Assembly: GCA_052325505.1 (NCBI GenBank)
Contig: JBKQUS010000136.1
Coordinates: forward strand, 445 to 64,444
Length of the DNA: 64,000 nt
Reading direction: 5' to 3'
Source: Limisphaerales bacterium
Lineage (GTDB): Bacteria; Verrucomicrobiota; Verrucomicrobiia; Limisphaerales; Palsa-1400
Below the pieces are notes generated by a model. That model was not told where the DNA came from and ran no database searches. It worked only from the letters and a program-made list of their open reading frames with translations. Shown piece by piece: positions 39,583 through 49,438 of the stretch (positions within the stretch are counted from its first letter, which is position 1; every line of letters starts with the position of its first letter). The translations under genes and the position numbers were made by a program.

Positions 39583-40842
39583 ATGTGGTCCCCCCATACC
39601 AAATGCAGAGCTTGCGGCAACACCGAGTTGGTCGAAGTCCTGTCGCTCGGAACTCAGCCACCCGCGAATAATTTTGTTGACCCACGCTCGGAGCGCGAGG
39701 GCAGCGCGCCTTTGACCGTCGTGTTTTGCCGTCAATGCAACCTGGCGCAACTCAGCGCTGTTGTCCGCCCTGAGATACTGTACAAGGATTATTGCTACGT
39801 GACGGGCGCAAGCGATACGATGAAGTCGCATTTTGAACTGCTTTTAAACGATGTGACCCGCGAATATTCTGTGCCGCTCAAGCCGGGGCAAAAACCTGCG
39901 CGCGGAAAGCTCCTTGAGATTGGAAGCAACAACGGCGGGTTCCTGGAATTTGCAAGCTGCAAATCAAACTGGGAAGTCCTTGGCATCGAACCTGCGAAGA
40001 ACCTTGCCGATCTTGCCAATGCTCGCGGCCTCAAGACCATTGACCGGCTGTTTGGCGAGCCGGAAGCGGTCCAGCTTGCCGCTGCCGGATACAAGGCCGA
40101 CGTGATCGTGGCCCGCCACGTCTTCGCCCACATTGACGACTGGAAAGGCTTTATCCACGCCCTTGAATTTATCAGCCACAAGGACACGCTGGTTGTGATC
40201 GAGGTTCCCTACGCCGGCGACATGCTCAAGATGAACTCATGGGATCAGATTTACCATGAACATCTGTCGTTCGTGTCCATTACAGCCATCGTCCGATTGC
40301 TCAACCACACCCAGTTCTATTTGCACTCGGTAAAAAATTATTCCATTCATGGCGGTTCCATCGCCCTGTTGTTGCGCCGGACGGACGGCCCGCCGCCGAC
40401 GGGAGGCGTTCTTGAAGGCGTTTCAAACAGGTTGGACGAGGAGAAAACCAACAACCTTGAGGATAGATGGCTGCACTTGGCGGACATGCAGGCAAAGATG
40501 CGGTCTAATTTGACGGAAGAAGTCCAGAAAGCCAAACTCAATGGCAAAAAAGTCTGCGGGTTCGGCGCGAGCGCGAAGGCGACCGTGTGGTGTAATGCCT
40601 GCGGGTTCACCAGCAAAGACATTGCCTTTGTCTGCGATTCGACGGAGCAGAAACAGGGGAAGCTGATTGCTGGGACGGACATAAAGGTTGTGCCGGAGAA
40701 GGAACTGCTGGATCGCAAGCCTGACTACGCCATAAATTTCAGTTGGAATTTCCACCGGGAAATCGCGCAGAAGCACAAGGCGTTCACCGAGCGCGGCGGC
40801 AAATGGATTCAGGTTGTGCCAGAGGTGAGGGTTTTATGCTGA
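39583..40842 (+). CDS. NDP-hexose C-methyltransferase-like (Zn-ribbon + class I SAM MTase + C-MT C-terminal domain)
   Basis: CRACGN...CRQCNL zinc ribbon; LLEIGSNNGGFLE SAM motif; 419 aa architecture as in TylCIII-type enzymes. Confidence 0.8.
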   Translation: MWSPHTKCRACGNTELVEVLSLGTQPPANNFVDPRSEREGSAPLTVVFCRQCNLAQLSAVVRPEILYKDYCYVTGASDTMKSHFELLLNDVTREYSVPLKPGQKPARGKLLEIGSNNGGFLEFASCKSNWEVLGIEPAKNLADLANARGLKTIDRLFGEPEAVQLAAAGYKADVIVARHVFAHIDDWKGFIHALEFISHKDTLVVIEVPYAGDMLKMNSWDQIYHEHLSFVSITAIVRLLNHTQFYLHSVKNYSIHGGSIALLLRRTDGPPPTGGVLEGVSNRLDEEKTNNLEDRWLHLADMQAKMRSNLTEEVQKAKLNGKKVCGFGASAKATVWCNACGFTSKDIAFVCDSTEQKQGKLIAGTDIKVVPEKELLDRKPDYAINFSWNFHREIAQKHKAFTERGGKWIQVVPEVRVLC

Positions 40843-41007
40843 AGACAGTCCTGGCCGCGTTGCCCGCCAATAACGCATATCTCCGGGCTTATCCCTTGTC
40901 CGTCGCCCGGGTGTGGAAGGAAGTTGGGCAGTTTTTCAGGAGAGGACCATTCGTCCAGTGCTGAAAAAAGTTGAGTGGTTGTATGTGAAGCCCTCGTCGT
41001 CCAAAAC

Positions 41008-42399
41008 ATGACGTTGTCCGCGTCAGGCTTGGATTGGAAAAGATGGTGGCGCTCGGCCATGCTGGCGGGCGTTCTGGGAACGGGGATCCGCATGGGGGCA
41101 AATCTGCTGCTTATTCCGCTGGTGGTGATAAAGCTGTCTTCGGCGGAGCTGGCCTTGTGGTGGGTGTTTGTTGCGCTGGGCAATTTCGGAAATCTGGCGG
41201 ATTTAGGTTTTGGATCGACCGTACCGCGCATTTACAACTATTTATTTGCCGGGGCGGAAGATTTTGAAGCGGAAGGGCTGCGCGAGGCGAAAGCCGGCGG
41301 GCAACCGAACTTCGCGGGCATCAGCCGGCTTAACGCCACGGTGCGGTCTCTTTATTTGAAGATTTCGCTGATGGCAGTTGGTTTGCTGGTAATTGGGGGG
41401 ACGATATTTTTGATGAAACCGGCCGCGGAAAGCGGCTTTCCGCATAAAGTTTGGTGGCTTTGGGCGGCATTCCTGGTGGCCATCGGCTACAATCTGGCCA
41501 CCAGTCATTGGGTGGCGGCGGTGCAGGGACTGAACCGGATGCGTGATTTGCAAGTGGTTTATGTCTGGGGGGGACTGAGCTATGCCTTGTGCGCCGCGCT
41601 TCTGCTTTTTTGCCACATGGGTTTGGCGTCCATGGTCATAGCGACACTTGTGAAGGGAGCTATCATGCATGGGAGATGCCATCAAATCTTTCGAAAGATC
41701 GTTCCCAAATCAGAACAACCTGCGGCGTCGGATCCTCGCATTGTCCAAAAGATGTGGCCCAATGCCTATAAATTTGGGGTTCTTTCCATCGGCGCCTACT
41801 GCATTGCCAACGGGAATGTTTTGATCTGCAGCCAATTGCTGGGCAAGGAAATGACGGCGTCGTTCGGGCTGACGGCGCAGATTGGAAGCTTTATGATGAA
41901 TTTCGCCGCGCTCTGGCTGGTGGTGAAATGGCCGGAGATTGCCATTATGCGCACCCAAGGACGATTGGAAGAAATGGGGGTGCTGTTCGCCAGGCGGCTG
42001 GCTTTGGTGATGGTGTCGTTTGTTGGCATGAGTTTGATCTTTCTTGTGGCGGGGAACGCCTTGCTGGCATGGAAAGGGACGCATACGCGTTTGCTGGCGA
42101 CGCCCTATCTGGCCTTCTACTTGATTTATCTGACGCAAAATCTTTTTTACGTGCAGTTTGGATATCTTGCCTTTACCGAAAACGTCGTGCCATTTTTTAA
42201 GATTAGTTTGTTCACCGGACTTGGCGTCATCGTGAGCAGTCTGATTCTAACTTCGCTTTTTGGTCTTTGGGGATTGCTGGCCGCACCTTTGATAACGGAA
42301 ACAGCCTGCAGCAGTTGGTACACCGTGCGGCGCGGTTTCCAGGGGCAGCCCTTATCCGTGCGGCGTTTTTGCCACGCGGTGCTTTATGCCGACTTATGA
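41008..42399 (+). CDS. Polysaccharide flippase-like polytopic membrane protein (MOP/Wzx-type)
   Basis: About 460 aa with 12 or more hydrophobic segments; sits in a sugar operon. ATG 41008 (alternative GTG 40975). Confidence 0.7.
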   Translation: MTLSASGLDWKRWWRSAMLAGVLGTGIRMGANLLLIPLVVIKLSSAELALWWVFVALGNFGNLADLGFGSTVPRIYNYLFAGAEDFEAEGLREAKAGGQPNFAGISRLNATVRSLYLKISLMAVGLLVIGGTIFLMKPAAESGFPHKVWWLWAAFLVAIGYNLATSHWVAAVQGLNRMRDLQVVYVWGGLSYALCAALLLFCHMGLASMVIATLVKGAIMHGRCHQIFRKIVPKSEQPAASDPRIVQKMWPNAYKFGVLSIGAYCIANGNVLICSQLLGKEMTASFGLTAQIGSFMMNFAALWLVVKWPEIAIMRTQGRLEEMGVLFARRLALVMVSFVGMSLIFLVAGNALLAWKGTHTRLLATPYLAFYLIYLTQNLFYVQFGYLAFTENVVPFFKISLFTGLGVIVSSLILTSLFGLWGLLAAPLITETACSSWYTVRRGFQGQPLSVRRFCHAVLYADL

Positions 42400-43376
42400 A
42401 AGGCGTCTGTCAAATTTGCTTCAGTCAAGCGAACCATGCGAAATATCGCTTTCGCGAAAAGATGTTCGGCTGGGGCGACGAATTCGATTACTTTTGCTGC
42501 GCCGAGTGCGGCTGCTTGCAAATCGGCCGGGTGCCGGAAGATTTGAGTCGTTTCTACCCCTCCATTTATTACAGCTTTCATTTGCAACCCATCCCGCGGC
42601 ATGGACTGAAATCCTGGCTGGGAGGCAGACGGGATTATTGGGCGGCAACGGGCCGCGGACTTTTGGGATTTTTGGCGAACAAGCTGGCTCCAGCGCGGAT
42701 CGAGGTGTCCTCCATGGGCGGGGTTCCCGCGCGCAAGGAAATGCGCATTTTGGATGTGGGTTGCGGGAGCGGAGAGCTGCTGATTATTTTGCATCGCGCG
42801 GGGTTCGGGCATTTGGAAGGGGTTGATCCGTATTTGTCCGGCGACGCGGAAGTTGTGCCGGGGCTGTGGGTACGCAAGCTGACTTTGCAAAAGGTGTCCG
42901 GCGATTTCGACCTCATTATGCTGCATCACGCCTTCGAGCATGTGGAATCCGGGCGGGAACTCCTGGCCGCAGCCCGGCAACATTTATCGGCCAGGGGCAG
43001 AATCTTGCTCCGCATCCCGACCCCGGAGTCCGAGGCGTGGGAGCAGTATCGGGAGAATTGGGTGCAGGTTGATGCTCCCCGCCATCTGTTCTTGCACACG
43101 CGAAAGAGTTTGGGAATATTGGCCGGGCAGACGGGTTTGGCGGTCGAACGGTGCTGGTGTGACTCGTCAGCCATGCAGTTCTGGGCCAGCGAATTATACA
43201 AAAGAGGCGTGAGCCTCTATGACCAGGACGGGCATTCGAGAAAAGCTGAAAATTATTTCACAAAAGCGCAAATAAGAGTCTTTGACGGGCTGGCAAGGAA
43301 GGTAAACGCATCCGCCCGGGGAGACCAGTTGGTGGTTGTGTTGAAAGCTCTTGATCCCAAGCCCGATTCCGCATGA
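42396..43376 (+). CDS. Class I SAM-dependent methyltransferase with an N-terminal 4-Cys motif
   Basis: CQICFS...CCAECGC; ILDVGCGSGELL motif I; ATGA overlaps at both ends. Confidence 0.85.
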   Translation: MKGVCQICFSQANHAKYRFREKMFGWGDEFDYFCCAECGCLQIGRVPEDLSRFYPSIYYSFHLQPIPRHGLKSWLGGRRDYWAATGRGLLGFLANKLAPARIEVSSMGGVPARKEMRILDVGCGSGELLIILHRAGFGHLEGVDPYLSGDAEVVPGLWVRKLTLQKVSGDFDLIMLHHAFEHVESGRELLAAARQHLSARGRILLRIPTPESEAWEQYRENWVQVDAPRHLFLHTRKSLGILAGQTGLAVERCWCDSSAMQFWASELYKRGVSLYDQDGHSRKAENYFTKAQIRVFDGLARKVNASARGDQLVVVLKALDPKPDSA

Positions 43377-44359
43377 ACCCTTCCCCAGACCAAATCACCA
43401 TCGCGATTACGGTTTACAGCAGGCGGCAGTATATCAAGGAGGCGATTTCCAGCGCGCTTGATCAAACAATCCCTGTGCGCGTCATCGTGCTCGAGGACTG
43501 CGGCCCGGACCCCGCGCTGCAGGATTTCATAAAGGACGAGTTTGGTTCGCGGATTGAATACATCAAAAATCCGAAACGACGCGGAATTTTTGGCAACTTG
43601 AACGCCTGTATCGAGCAATGCCAGACGAAGTGGCTTTCAATTGTGCAGGATGATGACTTTCTGGCGCCAACTTTTGTCGCGGCCATGCTCAGGCTCGCGG
43701 GCCACGCACCCGGTCTGGATTTCTATTTCGGGCAAACGATCATCGTCAACCAGCGGAGCGAGCCGCTGCCGGATAATCGCTGTCTGCAGCTCAAGCAGCC
43801 TTGGGTCAGGCTGGGGTTGGCCGACGTTATTTATGGTTCGGGGCTGGCATTTCCGGGGCACCTGTTTCGGGTCTCATCGGCGAGAAGCCTGGGCGGGTTT
43901 CGGGAAACCTCCCATTTTTGTGGCGATTGGGAATTGTGGGCCAAATTGATCGCCCGCAATGGCGCGGCGCAGACGTCCGAAGTCGTGGCGTTCTTTCGCG
44001 AACACGATGCTTGGGACAGGGGCACCAACAAGATACTTCGTAGCGGAAAAAACATACCGGTGACCATTGTGCAACACAAACGAGTTTTGGCGCTTTTTCC
44101 TCCGGCGACCCGGCCAAAATTTGACCGGGCCGGTTACCTGCGGCATTATGCGATCTCGGTCGTTTTCCTTCTGCGCTATGCATCGTCATTTTCACCCCGG
44201 CTGTTGCGATATTATTCCCGCATGCTATTGCTCTCGCCGGCGCCGCACTGGCGGTATGCGGTTTTTCAGCAACTGGCCAGGATGGGCGGTCCGGGCTTTG
44301 TCAAGACAGCCTCGGCACTGTGGAATCGTCTCAGGTCGTCAAAAAGGAACAGTCCTTGA
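43373..44359 (+). CDS. Glycosyltransferase family 2
   Basis: IAITVYSRRQYIKEAISSALDQT and the IVQDDDF DXD motif. Confidence 0.85.
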   Translation: MNPSPDQITIAITVYSRRQYIKEAISSALDQTIPVRVIVLEDCGPDPALQDFIKDEFGSRIEYIKNPKRRGIFGNLNACIEQCQTKWLSIVQDDDFLAPTFVAAMLRLAGHAPGLDFYFGQTIIVNQRSEPLPDNRCLQLKQPWVRLGLADVIYGSGLAFPGHLFRVSSARSLGGFRETSHFCGDWELWAKLIARNGAAQTSEVVAFFREHDAWDRGTNKILRSGKNIPVTIVQHKRVLALFPPATRPKFDRAGYLRHYAISVVFLLRYASSFSPRLLRYYSRMLLLSPAPHWRYAVFQQLARMGGPGFVKTASALWNRLRSSKRNSP

Positions 44360-44392
44360 AGCGTCGCGGAGGTTGAGCGGATTCCAGCGTGT

Positions 44393-45568
44393 TTACCGGC
44401 TTTTCACCTTCTGATAGGTGGAGAGGAAGAGTTGGGCCATGCGGACCGGAGAGAGATAATCACGGTGCTTTGCCAGCGAGGACGGCGTGACCTTGCCGCG
44501 GGAAAAAAGCGGGTGCGCGGCGGCCGCGCGGATCATCGCAGTAAACTCGGCCTCGTCGCCTGAAGTAAAGAGAAGCCCGTTTTCGCCCGGGATGACGTAG
44601 TCGGGAATGCCTCCCACCTTGCTGCCCACTACGGGCACGCCGGCAACGACGGCTTCCTTCACCGCATTTGGACTGGTGTCAGCCCTGGTTGGAAACAACA
44701 AAATCGTGGCCTGGGACAATTCGTCGGCGATCTGGGCGGGCTGCAGGTTGGATTTAAATGTCAGCCGTTGCCACAACTCGGGGGCTAATCCCGCCTTCAA
44801 TGAGGCCAGGAAACGCTCGTTTGGCTTGCCGATGATGACGGCTTCGAAGGGGAATTCTGAAACCAACTCATTGAGAGCCAGGAGGAGCAGGTCGGTTCCT
44901 TTGCCATAGCCCAGCGTGCCATACGTCAGAAAGCGAAGCGGCGCGGTGGCGGGTTGGCGTTGGACGTTATGGAAGATCCAATTGGGGGCGTGCTCGATCT
45001 GGTGGAGGGTCAGGCGCGGGTATCTGGCTTGCAGATAGGAGACGGCAAACTTCGATTCCGTGCTGACGTTCCTGGCCCGGGAGAGGCAATGCTTTTCCCC
45101 CCAGGCGATAAGTTTGTCGTGGGCCGACGTGGCAAACAATTCCGCGAACCAGGTAAAAAGCCCCTGCATCGTAACGAGTGAAGGATACCCCAGGCGCGTA
45201 GCCACCAGCCCCGCCCCCCTTTCGCTGCCCCAAGCATGAACAAGGTCCGGCTTGATCTGCCGCAAAGCGCGCCGGATGAGCAAGGTATCGAGCCAAAACA
45301 AGGTCGGACCCCGCGTCCCGCCCAGATACTTCAAAAGATGAAACGTTACTCCATGTCGCTGGAAGGAAAAGCTGCGGGAAATGTTCTTCCGCAAAATGAT
45401 GACGTGGACCTGGAGGGCTGGATTCTTTTCAAATTCAGCCAGCAACACCATTTCCCACGTTGCCGGATGCTGGCGGGGAAGCCCGCGCAACGACTCTGGA
45501 ATATCCGGGAGCCACTCGATTGGGAAATCGGAGATCCAGGCGACAATCGTTGGGCTTGTTGATGACAT
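44393..45568 (-). CDS. Glycosyltransferase family 4 (GT-B)
   Basis: FPTRADTSPNAVKEAVVAGVPVVGSKVGGIPDYV motif. ATG 45568 is chosen because the R-rich N-terminal extension to 45877 looks non-coding. Confidence 0.85.
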   Translation of the reverse strand: MSSTSPTIVAWISDFPIEWLPDIPESLRGLPRQHPATWEMVLLAEFEKNPALQVHVIILRKNISRSFSFQRHGVTFHLLKYLGGTRGPTLFWLDTLLIRRALRQIKPDLVHAWGSERGAGLVATRLGYPSLVTMQGLFTWFAELFATSAHDKLIAWGEKHCLSRARNVSTESKFAVSYLQARYPRLTLHQIEHAPNWIFHNVQRQPATAPLRFLTYGTLGYGKGTDLLLLALNELVSEFPFEAVIIGKPNERFLASLKAGLAPELWQRLTFKSNLQPAQIADELSQATILLFPTRADTSPNAVKEAVVAGVPVVGSKVGGIPDYVIPGENGLLFTSGDEAEFTAMIRAAAAHPLFSRGKVTPSSLAKHRDYLSPVRMAQLFLSTYQKVKSR

Positions 45569-45668
45569 TAAACTTGCGCAATCAGGGTGTCGCTTTCCGC
45601 CCATGGCGTAAAGGCAAAAGCCGCAAAAGAGGATTGTTTGCCGGGACCTTTTCGGTGAACATCGCGCC

Positions 45669-46271
45669 ATGACAGCCGGTATTGCCAGATGCATCGGGAC
45701 AGGAAGTAGCGTGGTGCGGCGCTCTCTTTCCTGCCTGTGGCGTTTGGAGGCGCAAATCAAAGGAGTCCGCTTCGAGGGCCGGGTCATGTTTGCCGGGCGG
45801 CCCCTGCTCAGCGTGGCCCATGATTCCAGTTTTATCATCGGACGCGATGTCGAAGTGGCCAGCGCGGTGCGGGCCACGGTGCTGGGATGCTCTCAGCCGT
45901 GCGTTTTGCGCACTCTGGCCCCGGGCGCCCGGCTGGTTTTCGGAGACAAGGTTGGACTCAGTGCCGCGGTGATCTGCGCGGGTTTCTCGATTGAAATCGG
46001 TCCGGGCACGCTCATTGGAGCCGGGGCAATGATTATTGATAATGATTTCCATGTCTATTCCGAGCAGGGCTGGTGCGACGAAGTGCAAGCCGGCGCACGG
46101 CCCGTCAAGGTCGGGCGGGAAGTGTTCATCGGAGCGCGCGCCATCATTTTGAAGGGAGTGACTATCGGGGACCGTGCCGTCATCGGAGCCGGCGCAGTCG
46201 TGACCAAGGATGTGCCGGCGGATCATGTCGCGGCCGGCAATCCAGCCGTCTCCTTCCCCAAGCGCCGTTAA
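45669..46271 (+). CDS. Hexapeptide-repeat (left-handed beta-helix) O-acetyltransferase
   Basis: IGPGTLIGAGAMII and VFIGARAIILKGVTIGDRAVIGAGAVVTKDVP repeats. Confidence 0.85.
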   Translation: MTAGIARCIGTGSSVVRRSLSCLWRLEAQIKGVRFEGRVMFAGRPLLSVAHDSSFIIGRDVEVASAVRATVLGCSQPCVLRTLAPGARLVFGDKVGLSAAVICAGFSIEIGPGTLIGAGAMIIDNDFHVYSEQGWCDEVQAGARPVKVGREVFIGARAIILKGVTIGDRAVIGAGAVVTKDVPADHVAAGNPAVSFPKRR

Positions 46272-46416
46272 CCTGATTCCCCCGCGGCTTTAGATTTGGC
46301 ACTCTTTCAGTGCTGGGCACAGTGTCCGAAAACCGGGATGCAAATGCGCGTTATGGTCAGCCTTTCGCCAAGCCGCCATGCCTCCGCTTGCGGGGCGACG
46401 GTGCAAGCCCGTTCAC

Positions 46417-47400
46417 TCATCCTTTGCCGCCGCTTTTTATCTGATCGTAAATCCAGCGATAGGTCTTCTCCATGCCGTCGCGCAAGCGGATGCATGGCTC
46501 CCAGCCGAGATATTTTTTGATGAGGGTATTGTCGGAATTCCGGCCATTGACCCCTTTGGGCGCCTTCAAATTGTAGCTGCGCTTCAGCTTGATCCCGGCG
46601 ATGTCCTCCACGATATCCACCAGTTGATTGATGGACACCAACTCGCTGCTGCCCAGGTTGATCGGCTCCAAAATGTCGCTGGCCAGGATGGCTTGGATGC
46701 CTTTGAGGCAGTCGTCAATATACATGAAGCTCCGGGTTTGTTTGCCATCCCCCCAGATTTCGATCTCATGTTTGCCAGCAAGCTTAGCCCGGATGACCTT
46801 GCGGCAAATAGCCGCCGGCGCCTTCTCGCGTCCGCCGTCCCAGGTGCCCAAAGGCCCATAGACGTTGTGAAAGCGGGCCACCCGCGTCACCACGCCGAAA
46901 TCCTCCCGGAAATGCCGGCACATCCGTTCGCTGAACAGCTTTTCCCACCCGTAACCGTCCTCAGGCATGGCGGGGTAGGCATCGGCCTCCTTCAAGGCGG
47001 TGACATTGACGTCCCGCTGCTTGTCCGCGTTATAGACGCAGGCCGAGGAAGCGTAGAAGTAGCGCTGCACGCCGGCGGCCTTTGCCTCCATCAGCAAATG
47101 GGTGTTGATAAGCACGGAAAGCATGCACAACGCGCGGTTGTTTTCGATGAAACCCATGCCGCCCATGTCGGCGGCCAGGTCAAAAACAGTCGCCGCGCCC
47201 TGCAGGGCCTGATGGCAGGCGTCGCGCTTTTGCAAATCGAGCTGCAGATTCTCCACATCTGGAAAAATCTGGTACCATTCGGCGAACGGTTTGATGTCCA
47301 CCGCCCGGATTTCCTTCACACCCTGGCGGCGCAAATCGGCGACCAGATGACCCCCGATGAAACCGCCTCCACCACAAACGATGACTTTTTTTGCATTCAT
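46417..47400 (-). CDS. GDP-mannose 3,5-epimerase-like NAD-dependent epimerase
   Basis: VCGGGGFIGGHL. Blocks LAADMGGMGFI, FYASSACVY, RFHNVYGPLGTWDGGREKAPAAICRK, WGDGKQTRSF and GRNSDNTLIKKYLGWEP are colinear with plant GME as I recall it. Confidence 0.8.
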   Translation of the reverse strand: MNAKKVIVCGGGGFIGGHLVADLRRQGVKEIRAVDIKPFAEWYQIFPDVENLQLDLQKRDACHQALQGAATVFDLAADMGGMGFIENNRALCMLSVLINTHLLMEAKAAGVQRYFYASSACVYNADKQRDVNVTALKEADAYPAMPEDGYGWEKLFSERMCRHFREDFGVVTRVARFHNVYGPLGTWDGGREKAPAAICRKVIRAKLAGKHEIEIWGDGKQTRSFMYIDDCLKGIQAILASDILEPINLGSSELVSINQLVDIVEDIAGIKLKRSYNLKAPKGVNGRNSDNTLIKKYLGWEPCIRLRDGMEKTYRWIYDQIKSGGKG

Positions 47401-47464
47401 GAGCAGGAGGCGCAAACTAGCGCAATGCCTGGATACTTCAAGGGAAATGTTTCCATTTATTCGT

Positions 47465-49375
47465 TCAATTGGGCGCACCGGGGAAATAGACTACGCTCCA
47501 TGTCTCCGGTCCGTTGATGACCCTTTCCGTCACGATCTGCCGGGCGATGACCGAGCCGCCATCGCGTTGCAACCACTGCTCGAAGTCCCCGGGGTCGCCG
47601 CGTCCGATCAAGTCATTCCTGACTGCAATCCAATGGAGACTCGATTCCTGGCGGCGGTCGCCCTCCAACACATGCACCACCCGCCGCTGGCCGAAGGGGC
47701 GCCACCACGAACTCTCCGCATCATTGCCGCCTTCGATCAAACCGATGACAGGGACCGACGCCGGAATGCTACGCCTCAAGGAGGCAAAGAGATCACTACG
47801 GCAGCGGTACACCGAATAGACCGTCCGCGCGCGCTCGATCAGCGCGTTGCCCGGGAAGCGTTGCACGAACCAGTCAAAGAATCGTTCCGCCGGCCAAAGA
47901 GGCCGGGAAGGGGTCAATATGACCGCGAGCAAGGCGATCAGGCTGGCGCAAATGGCGAACGCCCGGTACCAGCGTTGCCGTATTAAACAACCCTGCCCAC
48001 GGTTCAACAGCAACGGAAGCATCAGCAGAGGATAATAAGCGGCAATCAGGCGGGACGTCGATTCGCTGCCCAGTTTCGCCATATAAACCGCCAATGCGAC
48101 CCAGGTCAGCAGCCCCATGACCAGGCCATGGCGTTTCACCCGCGGCGCGGAAAATACGTTCTTCCAGGGTCGCGAGCGCACAGCCACCGCCAGGGAAATA
48201 AGGGCGATGACAGTAATGCCGATGCCCATGCCGGCGGATTCTTCCTGCGGCAGTTCGCGAAAACCCACGCCGAAATGGGGAAAACCATCTTTCAAAGTTG
48301 TTTGGAGATCTTCAGGAAAATGATCCCAAACCCAGATTTCCACGGAGCGGGCCACAGGCATGAAGGGGGGTTCCAAACTTTGCAGGCCCAGTTGCAGGCT
48401 GTTGCCCAAAAACCCGGCCAGGGGCTTGTCCACTTTGAGATGCGCCACGTTGTTCGGGTCCCCGGCCCAATCGCCCGCATAGTGCTGGTTGAGCGCGGCG
48501 GTGGGCAGAAAGGACACCAGCACACTCAGCAGAACGACCGCGATACTGCTGGGAAAGCGCTTTTCCGCCAGCCCCAACGTCGGCCAGACCGCCCACGCCA
48601 CAGGCAATAACAACGGCAAATTCGAAGCCTTGACCCCGGTGAGCAATCCAGCCGCCAAAAAGGCCAACCACAGATTGCGGACATTGCCGGACCGCCGCGC
48701 CTCCAGGGCAAAGTAAATCGCGGCCAGGAAATACGTTGCCGCGATGGTGTCATTGGAGATGCTTCCCGCCTGCATCGCGTAACACAAGGCCGCCGGCAAC
48801 AGCCACATCCAGAACCACGCCACCCTCCGCGCCACACCGGCGGCGACGAACACCAGGAAAACAAGGCCCGGCAGCAGCAGGTAGGCAATGATGTTGATCA
48901 AAAAGAAAAGCCGGTCGCTATGTGTCAATACAAACAACGGCATCATCAGCCATTCAAAACCTGTGCCGGCCAAATTCATGCGGTCGTTGGGCGTGGCGAT
49001 CCAGTGCCAGCCGGAAGCGGCCCACCAATGCAGCATCCGCGGAAATCGATAGGTCAAGGCATCGTAATTGTTTGGCGCATGCACAGCCCCCCCCGCAAGC
49101 GCCAGGATGGCCGTCAAGAAAAAGAGCAGGGGCAGGAGCCGCCGGAAAAGGCGCAAGATTCGCCGCGCCCCTTTTGCGCCGGCCGCGGCGCAGGCGGCAC
49201 AGGCGGCGCGGCTGGCCCGGCGGGGCACTTGATATTCGACCGCCAGCACCACGGCCAAAGCCAGGAAGAAAACCACGTAGCCGGCCAGATTGACCTGATG
49301 CAAAAAGGATAAGATCCAGCCTGCGGATACACAGGCTGCAGAACCGAGAATCCACAGTTTGATCAGTCTAATCAT
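47465..49375 (-). CDS. Large polytopic membrane protein with a C-terminal soluble domain (O-antigen polymerase/GT-C-like; function uncertain)
   Basis: About 636 aa. More than 10 hydrophobic segments are followed by about 190 hydrophilic residues. ATG 49375 (alternative TTG 49390). Confidence 0.7.
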   Translation of the reverse strand: MIRLIKLWILGSAACVSAGWILSFLHQVNLAGYVVFFLALAVVLAVEYQVPRRASRAACAACAAAGAKGARRILRLFRRLLPLLFFLTAILALAGGAVHAPNNYDALTYRFPRMLHWWAASGWHWIATPNDRMNLAGTGFEWLMMPLFVLTHSDRLFFLINIIAYLLLPGLVFLVFVAAGVARRVAWFWMWLLPAALCYAMQAGSISNDTIAATYFLAAIYFALEARRSGNVRNLWLAFLAAGLLTGVKASNLPLLLPVAWAVWPTLGLAEKRFPSSIAVVLLSVLVSFLPTAALNQHYAGDWAGDPNNVAHLKVDKPLAGFLGNSLQLGLQSLEPPFMPVARSVEIWVWDHFPEDLQTTLKDGFPHFGVGFRELPQEESAGMGIGITVIALISLAVAVRSRPWKNVFSAPRVKRHGLVMGLLTWVALAVYMAKLGSESTSRLIAAYYPLLMLPLLLNRGQGCLIRQRWYRAFAICASLIALLAVILTPSRPLWPAERFFDWFVQRFPGNALIERARTVYSVYRCRSDLFASLRRSIPASVPVIGLIEGGNDAESSWWRPFGQRRVVHVLEGDRRQESSLHWIAVRNDLIGRGDPGDFEQWLQRDGGSVIARQIVTERVINGPETWSVVYFPGAPN

Positions 49376-49438
49376 CTTGAATTCCCACAATATCGCCCAT
49401 CGCCGCCGTCGAAATCGAGTTCAAAGTCGCAGGCGCCG

